The notes: generated by a model from the sequence alone, not told the origin. A stretch of DNA of 31,194 nucleotides from Victivallales bacterium (GCA_016930955.1 JAFGFR010000211.1:1-31194), one strand, 5' to 3'; positions 16,328 to 26,400 are shown, counted from the stretch's first letter. Translations and numbers: made by a program.

Positions 16328-17437
16328 ATGTTGCAAATGAAAATAGATATCATGATGGGAAAAAGGGAACGGGTCGAGGCCACTCTGAATCGCAAACCTG
16401 TCGATCGCTGCGCTCTGCTCGAGCAATTGAGCTACAATCCCCGGGTGATTTCCGACTGGACCGGCAAAGAAATAGAAGACTTCAGCTACACGTTGGACGA
16501 CATCTGCGAGGTAATCCGTCAGACCTGCGACCTGGTCATGCCGCCATGCGCACCGGAAGGGATTTCGCGTGTCACATCACCGGACGGATTTGTCACGCAG
16601 CATGACAACTGGACGAGTTGGCATGTCAGCCGCCCCTTCTGCGACGAACATGGGGCTGGCAAATGGCTCAGGGCAAGGACAGCCGGACTGCATGAAACAC
16701 CTTTCGACGCAATAAAAGCCCGCGAAGAGTATCGCCACAAAATGCTCTCCTTGCAGAAGAAGATCGCCGACACCGTCATTCTAGACTACAGTTGGACAGG
16801 CTTCTGCAGCGCCTACGATGCCATGGGTCTGGAGATCTTCACGTTTTTCCAGATCAAATACCCGGAGGTGCTGAAAGACTACATGGAAACGTCTGTGGCG
16901 TGCGAACTTCGCAGGATACATGCGGTGGCCGATCCTGCCCTTTCGCCTGTGATCCTTATCCCGGAGGATTTCGCCACCAAACAAGGGCCTATCTTTCCGC
17001 CGGAATTCCTGCATGAATATCATTATCCTTACATCAGTAGACTTGCGGCCGCCTGGCACGGACATGGAGTGAAGGCGCTATACCACAGCGACGGCAACTG
17101 GAAGAAGGTCATTCCCGATCTGATCGCCTGCGGAGTGGACGGTTTCTATTGTCTCGAACCCAATTGCGGAATGGATATAGTGGAACTGAAGAACACATGG
17201 CCGGAAATGGTCTGGGCCGGCGGAGTTGATGGAGTTGATTTGTTGGAACGCGGGACTCCGGAGCAGGTGAGAGCCGAAGTCCGCCGACAAATCCGGGAAA
17301 CCCGCGCGCTGGAGACCGGCGGCATGTTCGTGGCATCCTCCAGCGAGATCAACCCACCCATCCCGCCGGAGAACTTCCGGGCGATGGTCGAGGCAGCAAA
17401 GGAATTGAATCAGTGGTCTGTAATCAGTGGTCTGTAA
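16328..17437 (+). CDS. Uroporphyrinogen decarboxylase / MtaA-CmuA superfamily TIM-barrel protein
   Basis: N-terminal RERVEATLNRKPVDR, EDFATKQGPIFPP, YHSDGN, LEP, GGVD, GGMFVASSSE; lacks the HemE RQAGR signature. Confidence 0.82.
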   Translation: MLQMKIDIMMGKRERVEATLNRKPVDRCALLEQLSYNPRVISDWTGKEIEDFSYTLDDICEVIRQTCDLVMPPCAPEGISRVTSPDGFVTQHDNWTSWHVSRPFCDEHGAGKWLRARTAGLHETPFDAIKAREEYRHKMLSLQKKIADTVILDYSWTGFCSAYDAMGLEIFTFFQIKYPEVLKDYMETSVACELRRIHAVADPALSPVILIPEDFATKQGPIFPPEFLHEYHYPYISRLAAAWHGHGVKALYHSDGNWKKVIPDLIACGVDGFYCLEPNCGMDIVELKNTWPEMVWAGGVDGVDLLERGTPEQVRAEVRRQIRETRALETGGMFVASSSEINPPIPPENFRAMVEAAKELNQWSVISGL

Positions 17438-17442
17438 TCAGT
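17408..17442 (+). repeat. 14-bp tandem repeat AATCAGTGGTCTGT, 2.5 copies
   Basis: Exact units at 17408-17421 and 17422-17435 plus a partial unit; spans the stop codon of the upstream gene. Confidence 0.85.
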
Positions 17443-17482
17443 TTAAAAATGTGGGACAAATACCAATCGAGGAGTTTACAGT

Positions 17483-18673
17483 ATGTACAGGATGGGACAG
17501 GAAGAAGTTGATGAGGTAGCGAAAGTTCTGCTTTCAAAACAGTTGTTCCGGGTAGGAGATCCGCAGAAGGGACACTTGCGCGAAGTCGAGAGGTTCGAGC
17601 GGGAATGGTCCGGGAAAATAGGGACGAAATACTCATTGCTGATGAGCGGCGGAGGCACTGCCGCCATTGTCTGCGGTTTGGCTGGAATGGGAATCGGCCC
17701 GGGCGACGAAGTGATTGTCCCCGCATACACCTGGCTCGCCACAGCAACTTCTGTTCTGACGGTCGGTGCAATCCCCGTACTGGCCGAGATAGATGAAACA
17801 CTCGGACTTGATCCTGATGATTTTGAGAAAAAGATAAGCCCCCAGACCAGAGCTGTCATTCCAGTCCACATGTGCGGACGCCCGGCAAATCTCGGGAAAA
17901 TCATAAAAATCGCAAAGAAGCATAAGCTGAAAGTCCTCGAGGATTCCTGCCAGATGGTCGGAGGTTCATATAAGGGGCGCAGAACGGGAAGCTGGGGAGA
18001 TGCGGGTGCTTTCAGTTTCAACTTCTTCAAGATCATCTCCAGCGGCGGCGAAGGCGGGGCGCTTGTGACCAACGACAGGAAAATCTTTGAACGTGCATTC
18101 ATTTACCATGATTCCGGTTCTGCGTTCCGCCCCATGGCAGGTGAGCTTGCCGAGCCGATATTCGTGGCGCAGCAATACCGGGCCGACGAGGTGATGGGGG
18201 CAATTGCACGGATACAGGCGCAGCGGCTGGATGGGATCATCGCCGATCTGCGGCGCGTCAGGAAGCAGTTGGAATCGAAACTGTCAAAAGCCGGCAAATT
18301 CAAGATCGCCCCGAGCAACGATCCTGACGGTGACTGCGGTGTATGCATAGTCCTGCAGTTTGAAAATGAACACAAATGCCGTGATTTTGCGGGGAAAATA
18401 CCGCACACGGGAAAATATATCGGCATCGACCACAGCAAGCACGTATATACCCAGTGGGAAGCGCTGCGCTCAAGGCGGATTATGCACCATCCGGACATGA
18501 ATCCATTCCTCTTCGAGAAAAACCGCGGACTGCGCATGAATTATGACGACGATGCATGTCCTCGTTCGTTGGAGATACTCAAACGGTCCTTGTTTATTCC
18601 CCTGGACCCCGACATGACGGACGAGAAGATCAAATCATTTGCGGCAACTCTTAAGAGAGGTGAGGGAAAATGA
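17483..18673 (+). CDS. DegT/DnrJ/EryC1/StrS family PLP-dependent aminotransferase
   Basis: GIGPGDEVIVPAYT, VIPVHMCG, EDSCQ, FSFNFFKIISSGGEGG (PLP lysine). Confidence 0.92.
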   Translation: MYRMGQEEVDEVAKVLLSKQLFRVGDPQKGHLREVERFEREWSGKIGTKYSLLMSGGGTAAIVCGLAGMGIGPGDEVIVPAYTWLATATSVLTVGAIPVLAEIDETLGLDPDDFEKKISPQTRAVIPVHMCGRPANLGKIIKIAKKHKLKVLEDSCQMVGGSYKGRRTGSWGDAGAFSFNFFKIISSGGEGGALVTNDRKIFERAFIYHDSGSAFRPMAGELAEPIFVAQQYRADEVMGAIARIQAQRLDGIIADLRRVRKQLESKLSKAGKFKIAPSNDPDGDCGVCIVLQFENEHKCRDFAGKIPHTGKYIGIDHSKHVYTQWEALRSRRIMHHPDMNPFLFEKNRGLRMNYDDDACPRSLEILKRSLFIPLDPDMTDEKIKSFAATLKRGEGK

Positions 18674-20097
18674 AACTGACAAACTGGAAAGTGCTTGATG
18701 AATCGGAAATCAGACAGATTCATGAAGCCTCGTTGGAGATACTTGAGAAAACAGGGATTTCGATTGAAAGCCCGGAAGTGCGGAAAATCCTGTCCGGCAA
18801 GGGGCTTCCATGCGACCGGGAAGTCGTCAGATTCCCGCGCTCGGCGGTCGAGGTCTGCATCGCGAAAAACCTGAGGACTTTTCCAATAGTTGACCGCAAT
18901 GGGAAAGAAGTGTTCATGCTCGGAGATGGAAACGTCCGTTTTGCAGGCGGGCACAATGCTGTCTTTGTAATGACCGACAGAATTGGAGATCGGCAGAACT
19001 CTGTGTTGAAGGATGTTGCGGATTTCGCACATCTTTGCGAGCGTCTGGATGACATTGATATGATTGGCGTGCCGCTGAATCCGTCCGATGCCCCTTCCAA
19101 GACAATGCTTGCCCATGCGGTTGCCGCGATAATGAAAAAATCTGTGAAGCCTATTTTCTTCTCCTGTGAGAGCCGGGAAGTAAATCTCGCGATCATCGAA
19201 CTTGCGGAAGCCGCATCAGGAAAAAGGAATCTCGAAAATGGCTCATATATCATTAGCCAGCTCTCGACCACCAGTCCGCTCTTCTGGGAAAAGGGAGCCT
19301 GCGAATCGCTGGTGGAATGCGTCCGGCGCGGTATTCCTGTCGCATTTCTCCCACAGCCGATCGCCGGGCTCACCGCCCCTTACACCATTGCAGGAAATAT
19401 CACCATACATAATGCCGAAGTGCTTTCCGGCGTCGTGATATCACATCTTGTAAATCACGGCACTCCTCTTATTTACGCCGCCGCCTGGACTTCCTACGAC
19501 ATGCGCTCGAGCAATGTGATAATCGCTCGTCCCGAAGAATCCCTTATGCGAATCGCCGGTGCACAGATGGCGCATTTCTACAATATGCCGTCCCATTCCA
19601 TTGGGCCTGATGCCGATTCAAACGTATATGACGAACAGCTCGGCTGGGAAAAGATGATGAGCCTTCTGGCTGCGGTCTCTGGCGGCAATGACCTGATTGT
19701 CAACTCTGGTATGTTCGGCACCGGCATGACTGTCACAAACGAACAGCTTATTCTGGACAATGAGATGAACCGTTTCGCGAAACGGATGAAGCAGGGGATA
19801 ACGGTGAATTCCGGGACAGTCGCATCGGATGTCATCATGGAAGTCGGACATCGCGGAAGTTTTATTGATCACGAGCACACTGTCGTGCATTTGAGATCGG
19901 GCGAACATGTCGAACCGACTGTCATTGATGCAATGAACTATGCCAACTGGCAGAAGAATGGTTCTCCTGACTGTGCGGCACTGGCTTCTGCGAAAGCCGC
20001 GGAACTGCTCGCGGAAAATGACTCCCCGCCGCCGGATAAGGGAATATTGGAGAGTATCGGTAAAATACTTGAAAAGTGGGATGAAGTTTATAGTTGA
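18670..20097 (+). CDS. Trimethylamine methyltransferase (MttB) superfamily protein, non-pyrrolysine
   Basis: IHEASLEILEKTG, STTSPL, APYTIAGNITIHNAEVLSG, AQMAHFYNMPS, DEQLGWEK, NEQLILDNEM; uninterrupted ORF; ATGA coupling on both sides. Confidence 0.88.
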   Translation: MKLTNWKVLDESEIRQIHEASLEILEKTGISIESPEVRKILSGKGLPCDREVVRFPRSAVEVCIAKNLRTFPIVDRNGKEVFMLGDGNVRFAGGHNAVFVMTDRIGDRQNSVLKDVADFAHLCERLDDIDMIGVPLNPSDAPSKTMLAHAVAAIMKKSVKPIFFSCESREVNLAIIELAEAASGKRNLENGSYIISQLSTTSPLFWEKGACESLVECVRRGIPVAFLPQPIAGLTAPYTIAGNITIHNAEVLSGVVISHLVNHGTPLIYAAAWTSYDMRSSNVIIARPEESLMRIAGAQMAHFYNMPSHSIGPDADSNVYDEQLGWEKMMSLLAAVSGGNDLIVNSGMFGTGMTVTNEQLILDNEMNRFAKRMKQGITVNSGTVASDVIMEVGHRGSFIDHEHTVVHLRSGEHVEPTVIDAMNYANWQKNGSPDCAALASAKAAELLAENDSPPPDKGILESIGKILEKWDEVYS

Positions 20098-20126
20098 CCG
20101 AGAGACAAACTATCAGGAGGACGATT

Positions 20127-21158
20127 ATGAAAGGAACGTTCAGATTTTCGTTTGGCCCGTGGAACATTCACGAGGGGGCTGATCCCTTCGGTCCTGCTGT
20201 CCGAAGAAGTATAGCCTTCAACAAAAAACTGGAGATGTATAAAAAGCTGGGATTCGACGGTGTGCAATTCCATGATGACGACGCGGTTCCATGCATGAAT
20301 GATCTTGGCCAAAAGCAGATAGCTGCCGAAGCAAAAAAAGTAAGGAAGCAACTCGATGAGCACGGGTTGACCGCTGAATTCGTTGCTCCGCGTCTATGGG
20401 AAGATCCACGGACTATTGATGGCGGATATACCAGCAACGAACCGGCATGCAGGAAATATGCATTGGAACGCAGCATTCGGGCAATTGACATCGCAAATGA
20501 ACTTGGCACAAAAAACATTGTGCTCTGGCTCGCACGAGAAGGCACTTATATCCGCGAGGCGAAAGATTCAGCCGAGGCTGTGAAACGCATAGCCAATGCA
20601 TTGCAGTCAATGCTTGATTATGGGCAGAAGATCAGGATAATGATAGAATCCAAGCCGAATGAGCCAATGGATCACACGTATATTCCAACCATCGGACATG
20701 CAATTGGGCTGGGACTTCTAACTGATGCTCCTGAGCGCGTTGGCTGTCTGATTGAGAGTGCACATGCGATTCTCGCAGGACTCGATCCTTCCGACGAGAT
20801 GGGGTATGCCCTTGCGCACAAAAAGCTCTGGAGTGTCCATCTGAACGACCAGAATGGATTGAAGTACGATCAGGACAAAACGTTTGGAGGCGTTGATTTG
20901 AGAAGGGCTTTCAACCAGGTTCGTATCCTTGACAAGCATGGTTATGGCAATAATGGAGAATGGGTTGGACTTGATGTGAAGGCTATGCGTACTCAGAAAG
21001 CTGGGGTCGCCACAAAACATCTGAGCAACAGCCGTGAAATCTTTCTTCGTCTTCTGGAAATAAGCAGGTCGTTGGACGACGGCAAGGTTATATCTCTGAT
21101 CAAAGAACGGAACTACGAGGGACTCGAAATGCTGGTTTTGAAAAACCTGATCGGGTAA
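20127..21158 (+). CDS. Xylose-isomerase-like TIM-barrel sugar isomerase
   Basis: FSFGPW, FHDDD, WLAREG, ESKPNEP, HLNDQ, YDQD, LDVK motifs; AGGAGG SD at 20115-20120 supports a start at 20127. Confidence 0.85.
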   Translation: MKGTFRFSFGPWNIHEGADPFGPAVRRSIAFNKKLEMYKKLGFDGVQFHDDDAVPCMNDLGQKQIAAEAKKVRKQLDEHGLTAEFVAPRLWEDPRTIDGGYTSNEPACRKYALERSIRAIDIANELGTKNIVLWLAREGTYIREAKDSAEAVKRIANALQSMLDYGQKIRIMIESKPNEPMDHTYIPTIGHAIGLGLLTDAPERVGCLIESAHAILAGLDPSDEMGYALAHKKLWSVHLNDQNGLKYDQDKTFGGVDLRRAFNQVRILDKHGYGNNGEWVGLDVKAMRTQKAGVATKHLSNSREIFLRLLEISRSLDDGKVISLIKERNYEGLEMLVLKNLIG

Positions 21159-21174
21159 AAAGCTTTCAAGGAGA

Positions 21175-22485
21175 TTGATGAAAAACATTCTTGATCCTAA
21201 AATTGCGATTATCGCATTGTCCAGCCCGCTTGAAGTCGGTGCCGGAAGGGCTTTGCAGAAAGCCTCGGGACTGGAAGCGGCACTCAAGGGAAAAAAATGC
21301 GACGTAATACAGTCCGCCGCGGTTTCAACGCATCAGGAAGCCGCGGCCATCGGCAGAAAGCTTGCCGGTTTGTTCCCGGACATGGTGGTGTTTCTGCCGG
21401 TATGTTGGTTTGAAGACTATCTGGTCACGGACTTTATCGAGGAGTGCAAAGCTCCGCTTCTCCTATGGGCGTTGCCAGGCATGGAGACCGGTTCCCTCTG
21501 CGGAAGCCAGCAGCTTGGAACTTTGCTCAAATATCTCGGTCATCCGTTTTTTCATGTCTTCGGAGAACTCAACAATCCGGAGGTTGTTTCCGAGGCATTG
21601 AAATATTTCAAGGCTGCGGCGTTATATTCGCGGCTCCGCCGCTCGAGAATCGGATTGTACGGCTCCAGAGTCAACGGGATGACGCATACGTCTCCAAATG
21701 AATTCATGTTGAAAAAAACTCTGGGTTCCAGGATTGTCCCCGTTCCGTCTGGGAAAATCATATTCATTGGCGATGATCTTGAAGTCAAGAAAGTCTGGAA
21801 TTCATTCAAAAAACGCTGCGGAGCGGTCAACGTAAGCTACGAGAGCGGGATAGAGTCAATAAGAACGTATTGCGCATTGAAGAAAGTTGTTGAGGAGAAT
21901 GATTTGAATGCTCTTGCGGTCGGATGCTATCCAGATCTGATGGGTAAGGTGTGCATTGCCGCCTCACTGCTGGCGGAAGAAGGGATCCCCATGGCCTGCG
22001 AAGGGGATGTCAACGGGGCGCTTGGGCAACTCATCCTGACATTGCTGAGCGGGAAACCGACCATGAACACCGACTTCCTCGAGCCTGTTGACGCAAACTC
22101 CATCGTCTTCACGCATTGTGGTTCGAGCTCGTTAAGTCTTGCAGAAAAGAAAAGCGATACATCATTGAATTCCGTGCGCCTGATGAGGCAGGGGGTCTGC
22201 GCCCTTTTTCCAGCGAAACCCGGCAAGGTGACGATGCTGAATCTCACTCCAGTCGAAAACGCATACCAATGTGCAATGCTGTCCGGCGAAGCCATGGCGA
22301 CGGAAATGGTCTTCCCGGGCAATCCCGCAAGAGTGAAATTCGGCCGTCCGGCAAAGGATGTGATTGACTGGACTTTTCAGGAGGGCATGGGGCACCACTG
22401 GATGATCGCTTACGGAGACTATTCCGAGGAAATAAGAGCATGGGCTAAACTCGTCCAGAATAATTTTATCTTCAAGGAGATGTGA
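21175..22485 (+). CDS. L-fucose/L-arabinose isomerase family protein
   Basis: MACEGDVNGA, FTHCG and GHHW motifs typical of the FucI/AraA C-terminal region. Confidence 0.82.
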   Translation: MMKNILDPKIAIIALSSPLEVGAGRALQKASGLEAALKGKKCDVIQSAAVSTHQEAAAIGRKLAGLFPDMVVFLPVCWFEDYLVTDFIEECKAPLLLWALPGMETGSLCGSQQLGTLLKYLGHPFFHVFGELNNPEVVSEALKYFKAAALYSRLRRSRIGLYGSRVNGMTHTSPNEFMLKKTLGSRIVPVPSGKIIFIGDDLEVKKVWNSFKKRCGAVNVSYESGIESIRTYCALKKVVEENDLNALAVGCYPDLMGKVCIAASLLAEEGIPMACEGDVNGALGQLILTLLSGKPTMNTDFLEPVDANSIVFTHCGSSSLSLAEKKSDTSLNSVRLMRQGVCALFPAKPGKVTMLNLTPVENAYQCAMLSGEAMATEMVFPGNPARVKFGRPAKDVIDWTFQEGMGHHWMIAYGDYSEEIRAWAKLVQNNFIFKEM

Positions 22486-22525
22486 AAACGCAATATCAAT
22501 TTGTTTTTGCCTTATTTGTAAAATG

Positions 22526-22566
22526 GTATTGCATTTTATCTGTATCCGTATTACAATATGCAATAC
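22526..22566 (+). promoter_or_regulatory. Promoter and palindromic operator of the toxin-antitoxin pair
   Basis: TTGCAT(22529-34)-N17-TACAAT(22552-57); perfect 9-bp inverted repeat GTATTGCAT(22526-34)/ATGCAATAC(22558-66); GTATTACA-ATA-TGCAATAC overlaps the -10 box. Confidence 0.7.
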
Positions 22567-22582
22567 AAATTGGAGGCTTATC

Positions 22583-22822
22583 ATGATTACATTGAGAATG
22601 GACAAAAAGCTTGAGGAAAAGCTGGAAATAGCTGCCAGAGCGAAAAGCCTGACAAAGTCTGAGATTATCAGGCAGAGCCTTGTCGAATATCTGTCCCTGC
22701 ATTCGCCGGAGAACGCACATAAGATAGGGGAGAAAGTCTTCGGCAAGTACGGAAGCGGGAAAAATAACCTATCCGTGGATTCCGAAAAAATGCTTAGAGA
22801 TAAATTCAAAAAGAAGCACTGA
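22583..22822 (+). CDS. Ribbon-helix-helix (CopG-like) antitoxin
   Basis: MITLRMDKKLEEKLEIAARAKSLTKSEIIRQSL beta-alpha-alpha pattern, FGKYGSG...LS tail; GGAGG SD at 22572-22576; directly upstream of the PIN gene. Confidence 0.82.
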   Translation: MITLRMDKKLEEKLEIAARAKSLTKSEIIRQSLVEYLSLHSPENAHKIGEKVFGKYGSGKNNLSVDSEKMLRDKFKKKH

Positions 22823-22830
22823 AGAACACA

Positions 22831-23253
22831 ATGCGTCCTGAAAGAGCTGTAATTGATACCGGTCCTATTGTCGCACTTTTCGACAACTCTGACAAATTCC
22901 ATCCCAATTCCCTGGATTTCATAAAGGAAAATGATCGCCGGCTATATACTACGCTGCCAGTCATTACAGAAGTGATGTTCCTGCTTGATTTCAATGTAAA
23001 TGCCCAGTCAGACTTCCTCTTATGGATATACTCTGGAGCCATGGAAATTCCAGATTTGAGACAGGACGATTTCAAGAGAATCCCGCAACTGATGAAAAAA
23101 TATCGCAATCTTCCAATGGATTTCGCAGATGCATCAGTAGTATTGGCCTGCGAAAACCTTGAAACTAAATATGTGGCCACATTGGACAAAGATTTCAATA
23201 TTTACCGTTATCAGGACAGGCATCCTTTCAGGAACATCTTCATTACTGATTAA
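22831..23253 (+). CDS. vapC: PIN-domain (VapC-like) toxin
   Basis: VIDTGPIVAL, TTLPVITE, MDFADAS and TLDKDF acidic PIN motifs. Confidence 0.88.
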   Translation: MRPERAVIDTGPIVALFDNSDKFHPNSLDFIKENDRRLYTTLPVITEVMFLLDFNVNAQSDFLLWIYSGAMEIPDLRQDDFKRIPQLMKKYRNLPMDFADASVVLACENLETKYVATLDKDFNIYRYQDRHPFRNIFITD

Positions 23254-23478
23254 ATGCCCGGAAATTTCAAATTCAATCCCATTGTCTTCCCATTGTGTTC
23301 TTCGCTCCATCCTCTCCCGTCAAATTTGCAGTTCCAGATATGTTTTTTGCAGAAACAGGCATGGTGAATCCTGTGCTTCTGACATATAGTAGATGCGTCA
23401 AACAGGAACTGGTTCCTCTTTTCAGGACTGTCGTTGGAAGTGTGAATGAAACGGAAATGAAATATTTAAGGTGGGAAA

Positions 23479-26400
23479 ATGGCTGGGAATATTGCTATTG
23501 TTGACATTAAGCCTGCCCTCTTTCTCAAAAAAGATGCCGGGATTCTGAAACAGTTGATTAAAGTAGTAGTAAGCAATAGGAATCCGGAACCTGTCGCAGG
23601 AGAACTGTCGCTGAAATTTGGCGGGCATGAGATTCTTCGGAAATTACCCGCCATCGCCGTCGGGGACTCGGAAATCGAGGCATTTATTCCGGAACATAAG
23701 AGGGAGACCAGGCTTGAAGCGTCTCTTACACTGGCAGACAAATCTCGTGGCATTAATATAGACACAATGAAACTGCAAGAAAGACACGCTTCCTCCTCCG
23801 CCAAGGCTACGGCGGACAGGAAAGACGTGAACTCCAACAGCAGGTTCAAAAAAGGCAAGCACTCAGCAGTAACTTACAAGACGCTTGTTTCACCTCCCCG
23901 TCACTGGAGGGTGCATGTTGTGCAGTTCTCGCACCATGACCTCGGCTATACGGGTTTGCCTTCGAATGTCCTCAGCAAGCATGCGCGCTATCTCGATCAG
24001 GCAATCGACATGGCTGAGGCGACAACGGATTATCCTGACGATGCCAAGTTCCGTATAGTCATCGAGCAGGCGTGGTCGGTGGATTATTTTCTGAAACATG
24101 CCAGGCCTGGGCGGGCGGAGAAAATGATCCGCCTGATGCAGTCCAGACAGTTCGAGCTTACTGCGCTTTTCGGCAATATGACCACGGAGATTTGCGGCCA
24201 CGAATCTCTTATGAGGACATTGTATCCGTCCTTCCGGCTGAAGAGGGAATACGGAATCCCGATTGTTTCCGCAGAACACAACGACATTACCGGAATCTCC
24301 TGGGGATTGTGCCGGGTTTTATGCGATACGGGACTAAGGATATTCTGTCCCGGCCTGCCGCTGTATTACAACTGGGTGGAGACCAAATACCAGTCATTCT
24401 GGGATCAGAAGGCTGTCTTCGGATTTGACAAACCGGGTGTTCCTGGTGCTTTCTGGTGGGAGGCTGCCGATGGCAAGAGGATCCTTTTCTGGTGCAACAA
24501 CAAAGGCTGCGGCGGAGGTGCCGATCTGAAATTCCCTGGATTGCCTGAAGCGCTTGAAGGTGCAGATGAAGTCGGCTATCCGGGAAATATTATGCGATGG
24601 CCCGTCCAGGGCGGAGGCCGCGACAATTCCCCCTACATAATGGGCTTTGCCGAATCGATTAGGAAATGGAATGAGACTTGGGAATATCCGAAACTCATCT
24701 CCAGCACCAATGCCCGGTTCTACGAGGAATTCAACAAGGAGGATCTCTCAGAGCTGCCGGTCCACAGAGGAGAACTGCCGGGACAGGATTATCCGGTCGG
24801 CGCAATGTCCACCGCCAGGTCTACTGCTCTGAACCGGAACAACCACCACGACCTGGTCACGGCGGAAAAACTTGCGGTTTTCGCAAAAACTGCAAGCGAT
24901 TATGAACACCAGGCCCACGAACTTGAAAATGCCTATGATGACACGAAGATATTCGAGGAACATGCCTGGGGGCATTCATACTCGCATGGCCCGGCAATGA
25001 TCGGAGCCGAAGCCGAAAAGGCGGTTCACGCATGCCGGGCGGCAGCATACGCCCACGATGTCAAACAAAAGGCGCTTGCGAAGATCGCAGACAATGTCCG
25101 CAAAAATAGCGATAACATTCATCTAATAGTATTCAATCCTTTGGCCTTCGCACGCAATGGCATTGTCCGCATGCCAATGCGCGAAATCGAGAACAGTGAA
25201 ATAATCATGGTCGAGGTGGATGGCGTTCAAACCTCTTCCAGTCTGTTTGGGCGCAAAGAACGGACTCATCTGGTTCTGCCGGAAGAAATGATAGCCGGAA
25301 ACTTCGAACTGATTGATGCGGAGACGGATGAAAAGATTGATTTTCAACTGTTGAAAATATCGGCTGATGATCCAGCCGTCGCCCATGCTGCGCAAAGGAC
25401 CGGTCTGGCGCAGGGCCGGAAAACATATTTCAATCACCCAGACGGCTGGGATCACGACTGCTGCTTCGTTGTAAAGGATGTTCCTGCGATGGGCTACAGG
25501 AGCTATCTGCTGCGGCAGATTGTCCCTGTCGGCCGCCAGACCTGCCAGACCTGTCAGACAGGTCTGACAAACCATGTCGAAAATGAATTCTACAGGATCA
25601 CTATTGATCATCATTCCGGAAGGATTGTCTCGATTATCGATAAGGATGCTCAGCGCGAGCTGATTGATCCCGATGCTCCGCACAGCTTTGGAGAGATCAC
25701 TGTCCGGTCACCATCCAATGATAAGGCCGTGACTGCCGTACCTGCCGGGGAAACCAAGATCGGGCACGGGAACATTGTTTCATCCATATCAACCGCTTGG
25801 TCTGCTCTCGGCCACCCGGTCATCCAGGAAAAAATCCTGCTGTATAAAGGGGTTAAAAGAATTGATTTCGCCGCCAGGATACTCAAGGATTCAAGCCCTC
25901 TGCTGGATGCCCATATTGCCTTCCCGTTTGCGATAAGAAAGCCTGAATTCCGCTATGAAGGTACATTGAATACCCTGAAACCGGTCAGAGACTTCCTTCC
26001 CGGCGCCTATTCGGATGCACTGACAATCCAGAACTGGGTCGAGGCAAGTGATGGTGATTTCAGCCTGATCTGGTCCAGCCATGACTCTCCTGTGGCGGCA
26101 CTTGGACAGCTCTGGCCGGGATATGTTTCGCCTGCCCATTCCTGCGTGGTTCCCGACCGTATGAGACATTCACCGCAAAAGGAGAAGGACTTCAAGCACG
26201 CATGGATCTATTCCACTCTTTTCAACAATAATTTCTGCACGAATTTTTCCGTGACTCAGAACGGCGAGTTCACATTCCGTTATTCCATGACTACTTTCCC
26301 GGAAAAATTATCCGCTTCAGAGGCTGTTATGGCAGGATACGATCTCTCGACACCCTTCGAGCATATCTTCAGCCCAGGTAAAAATCAGGGGAAACTTCCG

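Noticed and set aside
16328-17437. Calling either URO-D-like gene hemE
   Set aside because: No RQAGR-type HemE signature and no tetrapyrrole genes nearby.
20127-21158. Assigning the symbol xylA
   Set aside because: The fold is supported but the substrate is not; motifs deviate and there is no xylB in the window.
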